From Methanomethylovorans hollandica DSM 15978 (GTDB lineage: Archaea > Halobacteriota > Methanosarcinia > Methanosarcinales > Methanosarcinaceae), in assembly GCF_000328665.1 (NCBI RefSeq), contig NC_019977.1, forward strand, positions 2,038,011 to 2,102,010: a DNA stretch of 64,000 nt, given 5' to 3'. Below the pieces are notes generated by a model. The model was not told the origin of the DNA. It did not search any database and saw only the letters and a program-made list of their open reading frames with translations. Positions 62,105 to 64,000 of the stretch are shown here, piece by piece. Every line of letters begins with the position of its first letter. Positions within the stretch are counted from its first letter, which is position 1. A program made the translations under genes and the position numbers.

Positions 62105-64000
62105 ATGAAAACGCGTTTAGGTTTTGCTATATATTTAGTATTGATACTGCTGGCAGGTGGGGCAATTGCGATCCCAAGCATTTCTGACCACTCTCCAGCC
62201 AGCGATCTGACTTCAACAGTTGGTGATAGCCAAGATTTCAGTGTTAACATAAATGAAACTGCTGATGTTACCTGGTTTTTGAATGGGACACTGGTCAACA
62301 CAGATGAAGCAGTAACCACTTCTACATATTCAAATGACGATGCATCCGCTGGAGTATATAATGTTACAGCAGTAACACAGAATGCCAATGGAACTGACCA
62401 GTATATCTGGATTTGGACTGTAAATAGTACACCTTTGACTATAACAGGCTACAACCCCGATGACACTACCCCAGAATCCATAACAGGAGAATCAGTAAAT
62501 TTTGATGTCACACTCAACCAGGAAGCTGAGATAAGATGGCTTATTAACGGAACAGAAGTGGATACAGCAACAGGTGCTTCAGACTCATATTCAAACAGCA
62601 CAGCTCTTGCCGGAAGACATAATGTAACGGCTGTTGCATCGAACATGAACGGTACTGAACAGAGAACCTGGGATTGGACGGTCACAAACGCAACAAATGA
62701 AACACTGTCCATTACAGATTTCAGGCCTACTGATACCACCCCAGAATCGACCACCGGAACTCCAATAGAATTTAATATTACACTCAACCAGGAAGCTGAG
62801 ATAAGATGGCTGATCAATGGAACCGTTGTGGATACAGCAACCGGCACTTCTGATTTATATACTAACAGTACGGCTGTTCCAGGAACATATAATGTAACGG
62901 CAGCTGCATCGAATGCAAATGGCTCTGCTCAACAAATATGGGGTTGGACGGTCACAAGCGCAACAAATGAAACATTATCCATTACAGATTTTACACCCAC
63001 TGACACCACTCCAGAATCTATCACAGGAACTTCAATGGAATTTAATGTTACACTCAACCAAGAAGCTGAGATAAGATGGCTGATCAATGGAACTGTTGTG
63101 GATACAACAGCTGGAACTTCTGATTCATATTCTAACAGTACGGCTGTTCCAGGAACATATAATGTAACGGCAGCTGTATCAAATGCAAATGGCTCTGCTC
63201 AACAGATATGGGACTGGAAGGTTTCAAATGCTGAGATCGGATCTCCCGAGATCACAGGTTTCACTCCTGAAGAGGACCCTGCAAGTGTGGTGGGTGCTTA
63301 TCAGAATTTTACAGTTGAAACTAATCAGGATGTCGATATCGAATGGTATATCGATGGAGATCTGGAGCAAACCAACGAATCTGTATCATTTGCAGCATTA
63401 AATGTTTCGGATAAGGCTACAGGTTCCTATAATGTAACAGCGATAGCATCAAATGAAAATGGAGATGCTCAGAAGAGATGGACATGGACAGTAGCTTCAA
63501 AAACATATCTGAGTGGTGACCGTATATGGGACGCTGATGCCAATCAGTCTCTTGATTATACATGGACGGCCCTGAGCTACTCCGGTTTTTACTATGACCT
63601 TGATACAGGAGAAGGATCAGAGACCATGACCGTGCATCTTGACAGCAGGTCTGACAGATCTATTGACAGAGAGGATCTGGAGTATGAAACCACACCTATA
63701 ACTACTGATTTTGAGTATGGCAATTGGGGTAAGTATCAGGTCATAGGTTTCATGGCCGAGAAATATTTCGCAGGATATCTGGACACTACTCGGTTTACTG
63801 ACGAGATAAGTGTCATGTCGGACGGCATACTCTCTAAAGTGCTCTTAGATGAAAGTGATAAAAAATCACTATATGCAGGCTCAAGCCTTACCCTGGAACA
63901 AGGTTATGCCCTGAACATAGTAGAAGTAGACGTGAACGGTAACAATGTGTATGTAACCCTTTCCAAGGATGGCTCACAAGTTGATGAGACCATAGTAAGA
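62105..64000 (+). CDS. Large S-layer family protein: five Ig-like repeats plus DUF1608 domain (runs off window; not in ORF track)
   Basis: Manual translation MKTRLGFAIYLVLILLAGGAIA signal peptide; repeats; then GDRIWD, SGFYYDLD, YQVIGFMAEKYFAGY, LSKVLLD. Confidence 0.9.
   Translation, partial: MKTRLGFAIYLVLILLAGGAIAIPSISDHSPASDLTSTVGDSQDFSVNINETADVTWFLNGTLVNTDEAVTTSTYSNDDASAGVYNVTAVTQNANGTDQYIWIWTVNSTPLTITGYNPDDTTPESITGESVNFDVTLNQEAEIRWLINGTEVDTATGASDSYSNSTALAGRHNVTAVASNMNGTEQRTWDWTVTNATNETLSITDFRPTDTTPESTTGTPIEFNITLNQEAEIRWLINGTVVDTATGTSDLYTNSTAVPGTYNVTAAASNANGSAQQIWGWTVTSATNETLSITDFTPTDTTPESITGTSMEFNVTLNQEAEIRWLINGTVVDTTAGTSDSYSNSTAVPGTYNVTAAVSNANGSAQQIWDWKVSNAEIGSPEITGFTPEEDPASVVGAYQNFTVETNQDVDIEWYIDGDLEQTNESVSFAALNVSDKATGSYNVTAIASNENGDAQKRWTWTVASKTYLSGDRIWDADANQSLDYTWTALSYSGFYYDLDTGEGSETMTVHLDSRSDRSIDREDLEYETTPITTDFEYGNWGKYQVIGFMAEKYFAGYLDTTRFTDEISVMSDGILSKVLLDESDKKSLYAGSSLTLEQGYALNIVEVDVNGNNVYVTLSKDGSQVDETIVR
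62441..63500 (+). repeat. Intragenic tandem repeat with 270-bp period
   Basis: CACTCAACCARGAAGCTGAGATAAGATGGC at 62511, 62781 and 63051; units start at 62441, 62711, 62981 and 63251 (last one diverged). Confidence 0.92.

Noticed and set aside
62441..63250. Repeats as a CRISPR array
   Set aside because: They are in-frame 270-bp coding repeats without unique spacers; no CRISPR array or cas gene was seen in the window

Overview
This window is core chromosome of a methanogenic archaeon of the Methanosarcinaceae type (Methanomethylovorans/Methanolobus-like; inferred from mtrEDCBAFGH, cofE, NrpRII, methanogenesis marker 16 and DUF1608 S-layer genes). It is mostly housekeeping: a 2-oxoacid:ferredoxin oxidoreductase operon, K+ transport, tyrS/thg1, mdh, uvrC, pgi, RecJ-like, elp3, RFC-S2, secDF, lysC-purM, mtr, srp19/secG/mtnA, trmI, radB, nrdH-nrdD-nrdG and thiL. 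Features absent from the ORF track were read directly from the DNA: a box C/D sRNA (33287-33349), secG, two pseudogenes and a large S-layer gene running off the right edge. The most notable items are (1) an intact tnpB-only IS200/IS605 element whose ends, TAM, guide and empty site can be reconstructed and whose insertion is protein-silent, (2) a SAMHD1-like HD hydrolase fused to a YwgA/Panacea-like winged-helix domain, (3) a DUF1699 tandem plus HTH regulator with a palindrome-rich AT spacer, (4) a DUF1538x2 plus PII-like module, (5) an Hjc-like nuclease coupled to RecJ, and (6) a probable ATA start codon for radB. Family assignments come from motif recognition, not database searches.
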